A stretch of 64,000 nt of DNA from Rhodospirillaceae bacterium (GTDB taxonomy: Bacteria; Pseudomonadota; Alphaproteobacteria; UBA6615). Where the stretch lies: assembly GCA_038117265.1 (NCBI GenBank), contig JAYOFO010000007.1:3985-67984 (forward strand). The letters are read 5' to 3'. Below the pieces are notes generated by a model. It had not been told where the DNA came from, searched no databases, and saw only the letters and a program-made list of their open reading frames with translations. The position numbers and the translations under genes are program-made. Shown here one piece after another: positions 23,178-32,925 of this stretch; the stretch's first letter is position 1, and each line of letters opens with the position of its first letter.

Positions 23178-23951
23178 ATGCTGCTTGCGGTCGATTGCGG
23201 AAACACTAACACGGTCTTTGCCGTCTATGCGGGCGGCGAACAGCGCGGCAAATGGCGCATCGCGACCGATTCCGCGCGCACGGCGGACGAGTATGCGGTC
23301 TGGCTGACCCAGCTGATGAGCCTGCGGAGCCTGAAGGTGTCGGACGTGACCCAGGCGATCGTGACGACGGTCGTCCCCGGCACAAGGCGCAACCTGACGA
23401 GCCTGCTCGAGACCCATTTCGGCGTCACACCGCTGGTGGTCCGCGATCCCAATGTCGATCTGGGGATCGAAATTCTCATCGAACGGCCCGAACAGGTCGG
23501 CGCCGACCGGCTGGTGGCCGCCGTCGGCGCGCATCTGCGCTATCCCGGTGACCTGATCGTCATCGATTTCGGGACCGGCACCACATTCGACGTGGTCGAC
23601 GGCGCGGGCAACTTCCGCGGCGGCGTGATCGCGCCCGGCATCAACCTCTCGGTCGAGGCGCTCTACATGGCCGGCGCCCTGCTGCCGCGGGTGAACATCG
23701 AGAAGCCCGAAAAGGTCATCGGCGGCGCCACGGTGCCGGCGATGCAGTCCGGCATCTTCTGGGGCTATGTCTCGATGATCGAGGGGATGGTGCCCCGGAT
23801 CGCGGAAGAATACGGAAAACCCGTGACGGTGGTGGCGACAGGCGGGCTGGCGCCGCTGTTCGCGGAAGTCACCGACATCATCGACGCGACCGAGCCCGAC
23901 CTGACCCTGGTCGGGCTGGTCGAGATCGCGCGACGCAACGGCATCGCCTGA
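23178..23951 (+). CDS. coaX: Type III pantothenate kinase
   Basis: LLAVDCGNTN, GADR, IDFGTGTT, GGVIAPG. Confidence 0.95.
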   Translation: MLLAVDCGNTNTVFAVYAGGEQRGKWRIATDSARTADEYAVWLTQLMSLRSLKVSDVTQAIVTTVVPGTRRNLTSLLETHFGVTPLVVRDPNVDLGIEILIERPEQVGADRLVAAVGAHLRYPGDLIVIDFGTGTTFDVVDGAGNFRGGVIAPGINLSVEALYMAGALLPRVNIEKPEKVIGGATVPAMQSGIFWGYVSMIEGMVPRIAEEYGKPVTVVATGGLAPLFAEVTDIIDATEPDLTLVGLVEIARRNGIA

Positions 23952-23965
23952 TCGGACCTTCGCGC

Positions 23966-25636
23966 ATGGCTCTCGTTCCCGGTACCGACGAAGTGCTGTT
24001 CGTCCCGCTTGGCGGCGCGGGCGAGATCGGCATGAACCTCAATGTCTACGGCCATGCGGGAAAGTGGCTGATCGTCGACTGCGGCGTCACCTTCGGCGAC
24101 CCCACGATGCCCGGCCTCGACGTGATGATGGCCGACCCGACCTTCATCGAGGAACGCCGCGCGGACCTGGGCGGCCTGATCGTGACCCACGCCCACGAGG
24201 ACCATGTCGGGGCCGTCGCGCATCTGTGGCGGCGCCTGCGCTGCCCGGTCTGGGCGACCCCCTTCACCGCCAACGTGCTTCGGCGGAAGCTCGAGGAGGC
24301 ACAGTTGGGCGGCAAGGTCGACGTGCGCGAGATCGACATGTCCGAGCGGTTCGCGGTCGGCCCGTTCGACCTGACCCTGGTGACCCTGACCCATTCGATT
24401 CCCGAACCCAACGGGCTGGTGATACGGACCGGCGCGGGGACGATCTTCCACACGGGCGACTGGAAGCTCGATCCCGACCCGCTGATCGGCGAGACCACCG
24501 ACGAAGCCGCGCTGCGCGCAATCGGCGACGAGGGCGTGCTGGCGATGATCGGCGATTCGACCAACGCGCTGGTCGAGGGGACGAGCGGATCGGAGGCGGA
24601 TGTCCGGGAGAGCCTCGGCGAACTGATCGGCGGGCTGGAGAACCGGGTCGCGGTCGCCTGTTTCGCGAGCAACGTGGCGCGCGTCCAGTCGATCGTGGAG
24701 GTCGCGCACAGCCACGGCCGGGCGGTCGGGCTGGTCGGCCGCTCGCTCTGGCGCATGACCGAGGCGGCGCGCGCCACCGGCTATTTGCGCGACCTGCCGC
24801 CCTTCCTGCGCGAAGAAGAGATCATGAACCTGCCGCGCGACGCGGTGCTCATGCTTTGTACCGGCAGCCAGGGCGAGCCGCGGGCGGCGCTGTCGCGGAT
24901 CGCGCGCGACGATCACCCGAACGTGACCCTGGACCGGGGCGATCACGTGATCTTCTCGTCGCGGATCATTCCGGGGAACGAAGTGGCCATCGGCCGGTTG
25001 CAGAACCAGCTCACCTCCATGGGGATCGACATCATCACCGAGCGCGATCATTTCGTGCACGTGTCGGGCCACCCCGCGCGTGCCGAACTGCAGCAGATGT
25101 ATCAGTGGGTGCGCCCGCGCATCGCGGTGCCCGTGCATGGCGAGTTGCGTCACATGATGGCGCATGCCGAGCTCGCGCGCGATTGCCAGGTGGCGCACGC
25201 GCCGGTGGTGACGAACGGCGATGTGCTGCGGCTGTCGGCCGACGGGGCGGAGCTGTGCGGACAGGTTCAGGCGGGGCGGCTCGCGCTCGACGGGACGGAC
25301 CTGATCCGTGTCGAGGATGCCAGCCTGCGCACGCGCGCCAACATGCTGTGGAACGGTTCGGCCGCCCTGACGGTCGTGCTGGACCGGAAGGGCCGCGTGG
25401 TCGGCGACCCCATCCTCTCGGCCCCCGGCCTGCTCGGCGAAAGCGATTCCGATCTCGACCTGATGGACGACGTCATCGACGACGTGCTTGATACACTGTC
25501 GGGGATGGACAAAGGTTCGCGTGCGGACGACGAGGCGGTGGAGGAGCGGCTGCGGCGCGCCGTGCGGCGAAGTTTCCGCGAACGGCGCGGCAAGAACCCG
25601 ACGGCCGACATCCACCTCGTGCGGTTGCGGGACTGA
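23966..25636 (+). CDS. rnj: Ribonuclease J
   Basis: PLGGAGEIGMN, THAHEDH, HSIPE, TGSQGE, HVSGH, VPVHGE. Confidence 0.95.
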   Translation: MALVPGTDEVLFVPLGGAGEIGMNLNVYGHAGKWLIVDCGVTFGDPTMPGLDVMMADPTFIEERRADLGGLIVTHAHEDHVGAVAHLWRRLRCPVWATPFTANVLRRKLEEAQLGGKVDVREIDMSERFAVGPFDLTLVTLTHSIPEPNGLVIRTGAGTIFHTGDWKLDPDPLIGETTDEAALRAIGDEGVLAMIGDSTNALVEGTSGSEADVRESLGELIGGLENRVAVACFASNVARVQSIVEVAHSHGRAVGLVGRSLWRMTEAARATGYLRDLPPFLREEEIMNLPRDAVLMLCTGSQGEPRAALSRIARDDHPNVTLDRGDHVIFSSRIIPGNEVAIGRLQNQLTSMGIDIITERDHFVHVSGHPARAELQQMYQWVRPRIAVPVHGELRHMMAHAELARDCQVAHAPVVTNGDVLRLSADGAELCGQVQAGRLALDGTDLIRVEDASLRTRANMLWNGSAALTVVLDRKGRVVGDPILSAPGLLGESDSDLDLMDDVIDDVLDTLSGMDKGSRADDEAVEERLRRAVRRSFRERRGKNPTADIHLVRLRD

Positions 25637-25655
25637 TGCGAACGGAGAGAGGGGC

Positions 25656-26060
25656 ATGATCGGGCGACTGAACCATGTGGCGATCGTGGTGCCGGACCTT
25701 GCGGCCGCGGCCGCCGTCTATCGCGACAGCCTGGGCGCGAAAGTGTCCGCGCCGGTCGACCTGCCGCTGAACGGCGTGACCACGGTCTTCGTCGAGCTAC
25801 CGAACACCAAGATCGAGCTTCTGCACCCGCTGGGCGAGGGGTCTCCGATCGCGCCGTTCCTCGAGAAGAACCCGTCGGGCGGAATGCATCATGTCTGCTA
25901 CGAGGTCGAGGACATCTATGCCGCCCGGGACCGGCTGAAGGCCGAGGGCGCGCGGGTGCTGGGCGACGGCGAGCCGAAGCCCGGGGCCCACGACAAGCCG
26001 GTGCTGTTCCTGCATCCCAAGGATTTCTGCGGCACCCTGGTCGAACTCGAACAGGTCTGA
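25656..26060 (+). CDS. mce: Methylmalonyl-CoA epimerase
   Basis: MIGRLNHVAIVVPDL, KIELLHPL, GGMHHVCYEV, GAHDKPVLFLHPKD, LVELEQ. Confidence 0.95.
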   Translation: MIGRLNHVAIVVPDLAAAAAVYRDSLGAKVSAPVDLPLNGVTTVFVELPNTKIELLHPLGEGSPIAPFLEKNPSGGMHHVCYEVEDIYAARDRLKAEGARVLGDGEPKPGAHDKPVLFLHPKDFCGTLVELEQV

Positions 26061-26067
26061 AGCCGCG

Positions 26068-26322
26068 ATGAACCCGGTCTCTGCCGTCGTCGTCTTCATC
26101 GTCATCTGGTGGCTCACCCTGTTCACGGTGTTGCCCTGGGGCGTGCGGCGCACCGAGAACCCGGAAGAGGGCCACGATCACGGCGCGCCGGCGCGCGCGA
26201 TGATGGGGCGGAAGCTGCTGATCACGACCGCGATCGCACTTCTCCTGTTCGCCATCGTGTACGGGGTCGTCGAGACCAGCGATCTGTCGCTGCGCGAACT
26301 GGCCGAGAAGTACGCGATCTAG
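26068..26322 (+). CDS. DUF1467 family small membrane protein
   Basis: VIWWLTLFTVLPWGVR...G.D.GAP; usual position after mce in alphaproteobacteria. Confidence 0.85.
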   Translation: MNPVSAVVVFIVIWWLTLFTVLPWGVRRTENPEEGHDHGAPARAMMGRKLLITTAIALLLFAIVYGVVETSDLSLRELAEKYAI

Positions 26323-26324
26323 CG

Positions 26325-27569
26325 TCAGACGCCGAAGAAACCGGCGACGGCGGCGAGCAGGACCACCAGCCAGGGCGGGAACTTCCACAGCGCGAGCACG
26401 ATCGCGGCCACGACGACGGTGGCGAAGTCCGATGCGTCCGTCACGCTCGACGTCCAGACCGGGTCGTAGAGCACCGCCAGAAGTAGCCCGACCACGGCGG
26501 CGTTCACGCCGGTCAGCGCCGCGCGCACCCGCGTTCGGGTGCGCAGGCTCTCCCAGTGGGGCAGCGCGGCCCCCAGCAGCAGGAAGGACGGGGCGAAGAT
26601 CGCCAGCGTCGCCAGCGCGCCGCCGATCCAGCCGCCGACATAGCCGCCGCCGGGTGTGATGACGTTGCCGAGGTATCCGGCGATGGCGAAGATCGGGCCG
26701 GGGATCGCCTGCGCGGCGCCGTACCCGGCGAGGAAGATGTCGGTGGTGGTCCAGCCCGTTGGGACCACTTCGGCCTTGAGCAGCGGCAGGACCACATGGC
26801 CGCCGCCGAAGACCAGCGAGCCGACCCGGAAGAAGCCCGCGAACGCGCGCAGGTTCGCGGAGTCGAGCGCCTCGGCAAGGACCGGAAGCCCGACGAGCAG
26901 AACGGCGAAGGCGGCCAGGAACGCCAGCGCACCCAGTTTCCCCCGTCCCCTGGGACGCGCGACGCCCTCGGATACTGCGGGGTTGGCAAACATGAGCGCG
27001 CCGGCGAGCGCGGCCGCGCCGATCACCGCGATCTGCAGCCAGCCGTTCGCGGCGAACAGCATGACGACGCAGGCGACGCCGGTGAAGCTGGCCTTGGTCG
27101 GGGTGTCGCAGGCGTTGCGGGCCATGCCCCATAGGGCGTTCAGTACCACGGCGACGGCGGCGAGCTTGAGCCCGTGGACGATGCCCTGGCCGGCCGCCGT
27201 CGCGGCGAAGGACACGCCGAAGCCCAGCGCGATCATGATGATCGCCGCGGGCAGGGTGAACCCGATCCAGGCGGCGATGCCGCCGGCCCAGCCCCGCTGC
27301 ATCATGGCGATGGCGATGGCGGTCTGGCTCGATGCGGGGCCGGGCAGGAACTGGGTCAGCGCGATCAGGTCGGCGAATGCGCGTTCGTCGATCCAGCGGT
27401 GCCGCTCGACCAGCACCGTGCGGTAGAAGCCGAAATGGGCGACGGGGCCGCCGAACGCCGTCAGCCCGAGCATCAGGTAGACGCGGAAGATCTCGAGGAT
27501 GCCCGGCGTTACGGGTTTTTCCGTTTCGTTCGAAATGGCTATGGTCTCCGTCCGAGGGTCGCTGGGCAT
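26325..27569 (-). CDS. chrA: Chromate efflux transporter (long-chain CHR family)
   Basis: GLTAFGGPVAH, QFLPGPASSQ, GSLVFGGGHVVLPLL, AQAIPGP. Confidence 0.92.
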   Translation of the reverse strand: MPSDPRTETIAISNETEKPVTPGILEIFRVYLMLGLTAFGGPVAHFGFYRTVLVERHRWIDERAFADLIALTQFLPGPASSQTAIAIAMMQRGWAGGIAAWIGFTLPAAIIMIALGFGVSFAATAAGQGIVHGLKLAAVAVVLNALWGMARNACDTPTKASFTGVACVVMLFAANGWLQIAVIGAAALAGALMFANPAVSEGVARPRGRGKLGALAFLAAFAVLLVGLPVLAEALDSANLRAFAGFFRVGSLVFGGGHVVLPLLKAEVVPTGWTTTDIFLAGYGAAQAIPGPIFAIAGYLGNVITPGGGYVGGWIGGALATLAIFAPSFLLLGAALPHWESLRTRTRVRAALTGVNAAVVGLLLAVLYDPVWTSSVTDASDFATVVVAAIVLALWKFPPWLVVLLAAVAGFFGV

Positions 27570-27585
27570 TCTGGAGGGCAGGGAC

Positions 27586-28125
27586 GTGTCAGGCTACTGC
27601 GATATCGCGCCGGGTCACGAATGGCACGGGCCGTACCACGACACCGAATACGGGTTTGCGGCGCGCGACGAGGCGGTGCTGTTCGAACGCCTGGTGCTGG
27701 AGATCAACCAGGCCGGCCTCTCCTGGCTGACCATACTGAAGAAGCGGGCCGGTCTCCAGGCCGCCTATGACCGGTTCGACGTCGACACGGTCGCGGACTA
27801 TGGCGCGGCCGACCGGGCGCGGCTGCTCGCCGACGCCGCCATCATCCGCAACCGGCTCAAGGTCGATGCCGCGATCCACAATGCCGGCGTCGTGCGGGGC
27901 CTGCGCGACGGCCATGGCGGCTTTGCGGCCTGGCTCGACGCCCATCACCCGCTCGCCAAGGACGAATGGGTGAAGCTGTTCAAGAAGACCTTCCGATTTA
28001 CCGGCGGCGAGATCACGGGCGAGTTCCTGATGAGCACCGGCTATCTGCCGGGCGCGCATCGCGAGAACTGTCCCGTCTTCGCCCGGATCGCGGCGCAGGC
28101 GCCGCCCTGGATGGCCGTCAAATAG
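27586..28125 (+). CDS. tag: DNA-3-methyladenine glycosylase I
   Basis: YHDTEYG, LFERLVLEINQAGLSWLTILKKR, IIRNRLKV, C-terminal H-x3-C Zn ligands; GTG start after GGAGG. Confidence 0.9.
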   Translation: MSGYCDIAPGHEWHGPYHDTEYGFAARDEAVLFERLVLEINQAGLSWLTILKKRAGLQAAYDRFDVDTVADYGAADRARLLADAAIIRNRLKVDAAIHNAGVVRGLRDGHGGFAAWLDAHHPLAKDEWVKLFKKTFRFTGGEITGEFLMSTGYLPGAHRENCPVFARIAAQAPPWMAVK

Positions 28126-28152
28126 AAACGGGCCGGTTTCCCGGCCCGTTTC
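28125..28152. terminator. Bidirectional terminator hairpin between the convergent tag and NCS2 genes
   Basis: GAAACGGGCCGG-tttc-CCGGCCCGTTTC, a perfect 12-bp inverted repeat. Confidence 0.75.
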
Positions 28153-28172
28153 CGGTGCATTGGCGGCTTGCG

Positions 28173-29471
28173 TCAGCCGATCAACCCAAAGCCGTAGAGC
28201 AGCAGGAAGATTGCGGCCAGCACGTACACGGCCGGGCTCGCTTCGCTGAAGCGGCCCGACAGGATCTTGCCGACCGCATAGACGATGAAGCCGAACGCGA
28301 TGCCGTGGGCGATCGAGAAGGTGAACGGCATGACCACCGCGGCGAGCACCGCCGGCGCATACTCGGTCACGTCTTCCCAGTCGATTTCGGTCAGGCCGCG
28401 AACCATCAGCACCGCCACGAACAGCAGCGCCGGTGCCGTTGCGAAGCGCGGAACCAGCCCGATGATCGGGGCCAGGATCAGCGCCAGGATGAACAGCACG
28501 CCGACCGTGACGGCCGTCAGGCCCGTCCGTCCGCCCTCGCGCACGCCTGCCGCGCTCTCGATGTAGCTGGTGACCGTCGAGGTGCCGATCAGCGAGCCGG
28601 CGACCGTGGCGACGGAGTCGGCCGACAGCGCCTTGCCCATGCGCGGCAGCTTGCCGTCCGCATCCAGCAGGCCCGCCCGGTGCGACACGCCGATCAGGGT
28701 GCCTGCCGTGTCGAACATGTCGACGAACAGGAAGGCGATGATCACCGAGATCAGGCCGACCTGGAAGGCGCCGGCGATATCGAGCGCCAGGAAGGTCGGC
28801 GCCAGCGACGGGATGGTGAAGTCCATCGGGCCGGTCTCGGCCACCCCGAGGATGTGCGCGAGGACCGTCGTCCCGATGATGCCCAGCACGATGGCGCCGG
28901 GCACCTTCAGCCGGTCGAGCGCGATGATCGCGACGAAGCCGATGGCGACGAGGATCACCGGGGTCGAGGTGACCTCGCCCAGGGTCACCAGGGTCACCGG
29001 ATGGTCGACCGTGAGGCCGGCGATCTCGAGCGCGATGACGCCGATGAACAGGCCGATGCCGGCCGAGATCGACATCTTCAGCGATCTCGGGATCGCGTTG
29101 ATGATCCACTCGCGGACCGGAAGGATCGACAGGATCAGGAAGATCACGCCGGAGATGAAGATGATGCCGAGCGCGGTCTGCCACGGAATTCCCATGCCGC
29201 CGACGACGCCGAAGGCGAAGAAGGCGTTGAGCCCGAGGCCCGGCGCCAGCGCGATCGGATAGTTGGCGAAGAAGCCCATGATCAGGCAGCCGATGGCTGC
29301 CGCCAGACATGTGGCGACGAACAGCGCCCCCTTGTCCATGCCGGCTGCGGACAGGATGTCCGGATTGACGACGATGATGTAGGCCATCGTTAGGAACGTG
29401 GTCAGGCCGGCCATGATCTCGATCCGGACCGTGGTGCCGTGTTCCGACAGCTTGAATAGATTTTCGAACAT
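28173..29471 (-). CDS. NCS2/AzgA-family purine permease
   Basis: EIMAGLTTFLTMAYIIVVNP, APGLGLNAFF, DMFDTAGTL, TSYIESAAGV..GGRTGLTA; GGGAGG RBS upstream. Confidence 0.93.
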   Translation of the reverse strand: MFENLFKLSEHGTTVRIEIMAGLTTFLTMAYIIVVNPDILSAAGMDKGALFVATCLAAAIGCLIMGFFANYPIALAPGLGLNAFFAFGVVGGMGIPWQTALGIIFISGVIFLILSILPVREWIINAIPRSLKMSISAGIGLFIGVIALEIAGLTVDHPVTLVTLGEVTSTPVILVAIGFVAIIALDRLKVPGAIVLGIIGTTVLAHILGVAETGPMDFTIPSLAPTFLALDIAGAFQVGLISVIIAFLFVDMFDTAGTLIGVSHRAGLLDADGKLPRMGKALSADSVATVAGSLIGTSTVTSYIESAAGVREGGRTGLTAVTVGVLFILALILAPIIGLVPRFATAPALLFVAVLMVRGLTEIDWEDVTEYAPAVLAAVVMPFTFSIAHGIAFGFIVYAVGKILSGRFSEASPAVYVLAAIFLLLYGFGLIG

Positions 29472-29646
29472 TTTCGGGTTGCCTCCCGTGGTTTCCCCCT
29501 GATTCGCCGCGCGAGGGAGGAGGATTCCGTGCAACCGCACGAAAGCCATAACCGGGCCAGGCAGCTTCTCCCTTGCGGCCTTCAGATTAGCCCGATTCCG
29601 GCCCCCCCGTTACCGTTTATTAAGGCCCGTCAGGCACACTTGCGGG

Positions 29647-30082
29647 ATGCACAGGATGCTTCCCATCGCCGCGTTTGCCGCCTTGGCGGCCGGGGTGGCC
29701 CTTGGGGTCGCCGTCGCGGGCGGGGGGCGCCCAGGCGCAGTCGACGATCCGCATCACCGAGGCCGATTGCAGCCGTCTGGTGGCCCATGTGCCGGCCGCC
29801 GACGTGGCCTACCGGCCGGGCGTCGACGTCAACGGCAACGCCGTCGCACCGGCCGACCTTAACGGCGGCACGCAAATCGCCGTCCCGGACGTCATCACGA
29901 TTCCGGTGACCATCGATCTGGTGACCTCGCTGGGAATCAACACGAACTTCCTGGCGCGTCCCACGGTCGGCCAGGTGCAGGTCACGTCCGGCGGGCAGGT
30001 GTCGTTCAACGGCAAGCCGATCGGCGGACAGGCCCAGCAGGAGCTCGCAAAGCTCTGTCAGCAGCAGGGCGTGCGCAACTAG
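29647..30082 (+). pseudogene. Secreted hypothetical protein split by a +1 frameshift in a G6 run (or a sequencing error)
   Basis: Signal-peptide-like MHRMLPIAAFAALAAGVALGVAVAG in one frame and AQAQSTIRITEADC...YRPGVDVNGNAVAPADL...LAKLC in the next. Removing one G at 29722-29727 fuses them. Confidence 0.7.
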
Positions 30083-30153
30083 CGCGGCACACCGGCACGA
30101 CGTTGGGACGATTCCGCGGGGCGGAGTAAACTCGCCGCCCCCGGGAGCACACA

Positions 30154-31447
30154 ATGTCCGACATCGCCCAAGACACCGATTCCGCACGCCGCCTCGAGGC
30201 GCGCCTGAATTCCGCATTCCAGACCCAGGAGCGCGAAGGCTTGCGGCTGGCCGCGATCCTGCGCGCCGTGGCCACGGCCGCGATCGTCGTCTGGCTGTTC
30301 ATCCTGCTGCGCGGCGGCGGCTGATTCTATCTGCCCATCATGCTGCTCTTCGCGGCCAGCGGTTTGGCCCAGTACCGCCTGGCGCGGCGCGGCGTCGGCG
30401 GCGACGCGTTGGCGATCGCCTTCTTCCTGTTCGACGTGGCGCTCGTTACCGTCGCGCTGCTGGCGCCGAATCCGCTGCTCTCGACCGAATCTTTCGTCTG
30501 GCCGCCGCAGATGAGCTTCCGTTTCGGCAGCTTCAACTACTACTACATCCTGATCGGGCTGTTCGTGCTCGGGCGCTATTCGCTCCGCGCCATGCTGCTG
30601 GCGGGGTTCGCCTGCTCGATCGCCTGGCTGGTGGGCGCTTTCTCGGTGTCGACCCTGCCGGGCACCCTGTTCGCGGTCCCGTCGTTCGACGATCCGGCGG
30701 CGCGCATGGAGCGCTTCCTCGACCTGTTCTTCGTTTCGCTCGACCTGCGCGCCACCGAGATCATCGTCATGATCCTGACGACGATAATCCTGGCGACCGC
30801 GGTGGCGCGCGGCCGGCTATGACGGCGCGCTCGAGACGGTGCAGTCCCAGAACGTGGCGGTCCTGTTCGCCGATATGGTCGGGTTCTAGCTGATGGCCGA
30901 AAGCGTCTCGCCCGAGGAGCTGATCGAGATTCTGCGGGCCCTGCACCGGCGCATGGAACGCGCCGTGTTCGACCATGGCGGCACGCTGGACAAGTATCTC
31001 GGCGACGGGGTGATGGCCACGTTCGGCACGCTGAATGTTGGGCCCGACGATGCCGCCAATGCGCTGCGCTGCGCGCGTGCCATGCTGGTCGAGACCGAGG
31101 AATGGAACGTGCGCCGGCGCGCCGGCGGGTTTACCGAGGTCCGCCTGGCGGTCGGCGTCCATTACGGGCCGGTCGTCATGGGCGACATCGGCAGTGCGCG
31201 CCGGCTGGAATTCGCGGTCATCGGTGACACGGTGAACGTCGCGTCCCGGCTGGAGGAGGCGACCCGCGAGGTGGGGTGCCGCCTGATCGTCAGCGACGAT
31301 TTGATGCGCGCGGCACAGCGCAGCGCACCCGGCGATCTGGCCGAGCTGCGCGCGGGCATCGTGCCCCATGCGGGCCTCGCGCTGCGGGGCCGCGAGGGAA
31401 CGATCGACGCCTGGGTGCTGTCGGAGCCGGATGCGGCGGGCGAATGA
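30154..31447 (+). pseudogene. Membrane-bound class III adenylate/guanylate cyclase pseudogene
   Basis: TM region with in-frame TGA at 30322; frameshift and deletion near 30820; VAVLFADMVGF followed by TAG at 30887; then DKYLGDGVMATFG, GVHYG and FAVIGDTVNVASRLE. Confidence 0.88.
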
Positions 31448-31524
31448 GCGTGGACAGGCGCGCCGGCTTTTTCCTACTCTCCGCCGCGCCCCGCAGATCC
31501 CTGTGCCGGCCCCGGAGAAATTGA

Positions 31525-32850
31525 ATGCGTCGCAGCCAGCTGTTCCTGCCCACCCTGAAGGAAACGCCCGCCGAGGCCCAGATCGTCTCGCACCGGCTGA
31601 TGCTGCGCGCGGGCCTGATCCGGCAATCGGCCGCCGGCATCTACACCTGGTTGCCCACGGGCCTGCGCGTTTTGCAAAAGATCGCCCAGATCGTGCGCGA
31701 GGAGCAGGATCGCACCGGCGCGCAGGAGGTGCTGATGCCGACGATCCAGTCGGCCGACATCTGGCGCAAGTCGGGGCGCTACGACGATTACGGCAAGGAG
31801 ATGCTGCGCATCGCCGACCGCCATGACCGCGAGATGCTCTACGGGCCGACGGCGGAGGAGGTGATCACCGACATCGTCGCCAACGAGATCACCAGCTACC
31901 GCGACCTGCCGAAGAACCTCTACAACATCCAGTGGAAGTTCCGCGACGAGGTGCGCCCCCGCTTCGGCGTCATGCGCGGGCGCGAGTTCCTGATGAAGGA
32001 CAATTACTCCTTCGACCTCGACTATGCCGGCGCGCGCCACTCCTACAACAAGATGTTCGCCGCCTACCTGCGCACCTATGCGCGCATGGGGCTGAAGGCG
32101 ATCCCGATGGCGGCCGACACCGGCCCGATCGGCGGCGATCTCAGCCACGAGTTCATCATCCTCGCCGAGACGGGCGAGAGCGAGGTCTTCTGCGACCGTG
32201 CGCTGGTCGACCTGCCGCCGCCGGGCGACGACATCGACTATGGGGCCGACCTGCAGCCGCTGGTCGACGAGTGGACGTCCTATTACGCTGCCACCGACGA
32301 GAAGCACGATCCGGCCGCGTGCCCGATCGCGGGCGACCGGCTGATCACCGCGCGCGGCATCGAGGTCGGCCACATCTTCTATTTCGGCACCAAGTACTCC
32401 GCCCCGCTGGGCGCGTCGGTGCAGGGGCCGAACGGCCAGAACATCACGCTGGAGATGGGCAGCTACGGCATCGGCGTATCGCGGCTCGCCGGCGCGATCA
32501 TCGAAGCCTCCCACGACGATGACGGCATCATCTGGCCCGAGAGCGTCGCGCCGTGGCGCGTCGGGGTGATCAACCTGAAGGTCGGCGACGGCGACTGCGA
32601 TGCGGCATGCGAGCGGATCTATGCCGACCTGCGCGCGGCCGGCATCGAGGCGCTCTATGACGACCGCGACGAGCGCGCCGGCGCCAAGTTCGCCGACATG
32701 GACCTGGTGGGCATCCCCTGGCAGGTCACGGTCGGCCCGCGCGGCCTCAACGACGGCAAGGTCGAGATCAAGCGCCGGGCCGGCAGCGAGAAGTCCGAGA
32801 TCGCGCTCGACGGGCTCGGCGCGTGGATCGCGGACCGGGCTGCGTCATAG
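31525..32850 (+). CDS. proS: Proline-tRNA ligase (short alphaproteobacterial form without editing domain)
   Basis: [51 protein letters not shown]. Confidence 0.97.
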   Translation: MRRSQLFLPTLKETPAEAQIVSHRLMLRAGLIRQSAAGIYTWLPTGLRVLQKIAQIVREEQDRTGAQEVLMPTIQSADIWRKSGRYDDYGKEMLRIADRHDREMLYGPTAEEVITDIVANEITSYRDLPKNLYNIQWKFRDEVRPRFGVMRGREFLMKDNYSFDLDYAGARHSYNKMFAAYLRTYARMGLKAIPMAADTGPIGGDLSHEFIILAETGESEVFCDRALVDLPPPGDDIDYGADLQPLVDEWTSYYAATDEKHDPAACPIAGDRLITARGIEVGHIFYFGTKYSAPLGASVQGPNGQNITLEMGSYGIGVSRLAGAIIEASHDDDGIIWPESVAPWRVGVINLKVGDGDCDAACERIYADLRAAGIEALYDDRDERAGAKFADMDLVGIPWQVTVGPRGLNDGKVEIKRRAGSEKSEIALDGLGAWIADRAAS

Positions 32851-32925
32851 GGTGGCCATCTTTTCCGGTCAGCCTGACTGGCTGTGGCCGCAACGTCGCG
32901 CGGCGTTCGAAAGGGTAGGCGGCTG

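Noticed and set aside
29472-29646. Purine riboswitch upstream of the NCS2 permease
   Set aside because: I could not find the conserved purine-aptamer core; an Infernal/Rfam search would settle it.
30322-30324. In-frame TGA as possible selenocysteine
   Set aside because: It lies in a transmembrane region with no Cys-type catalytic context or evident SECIS, in a gene with additional lesions.
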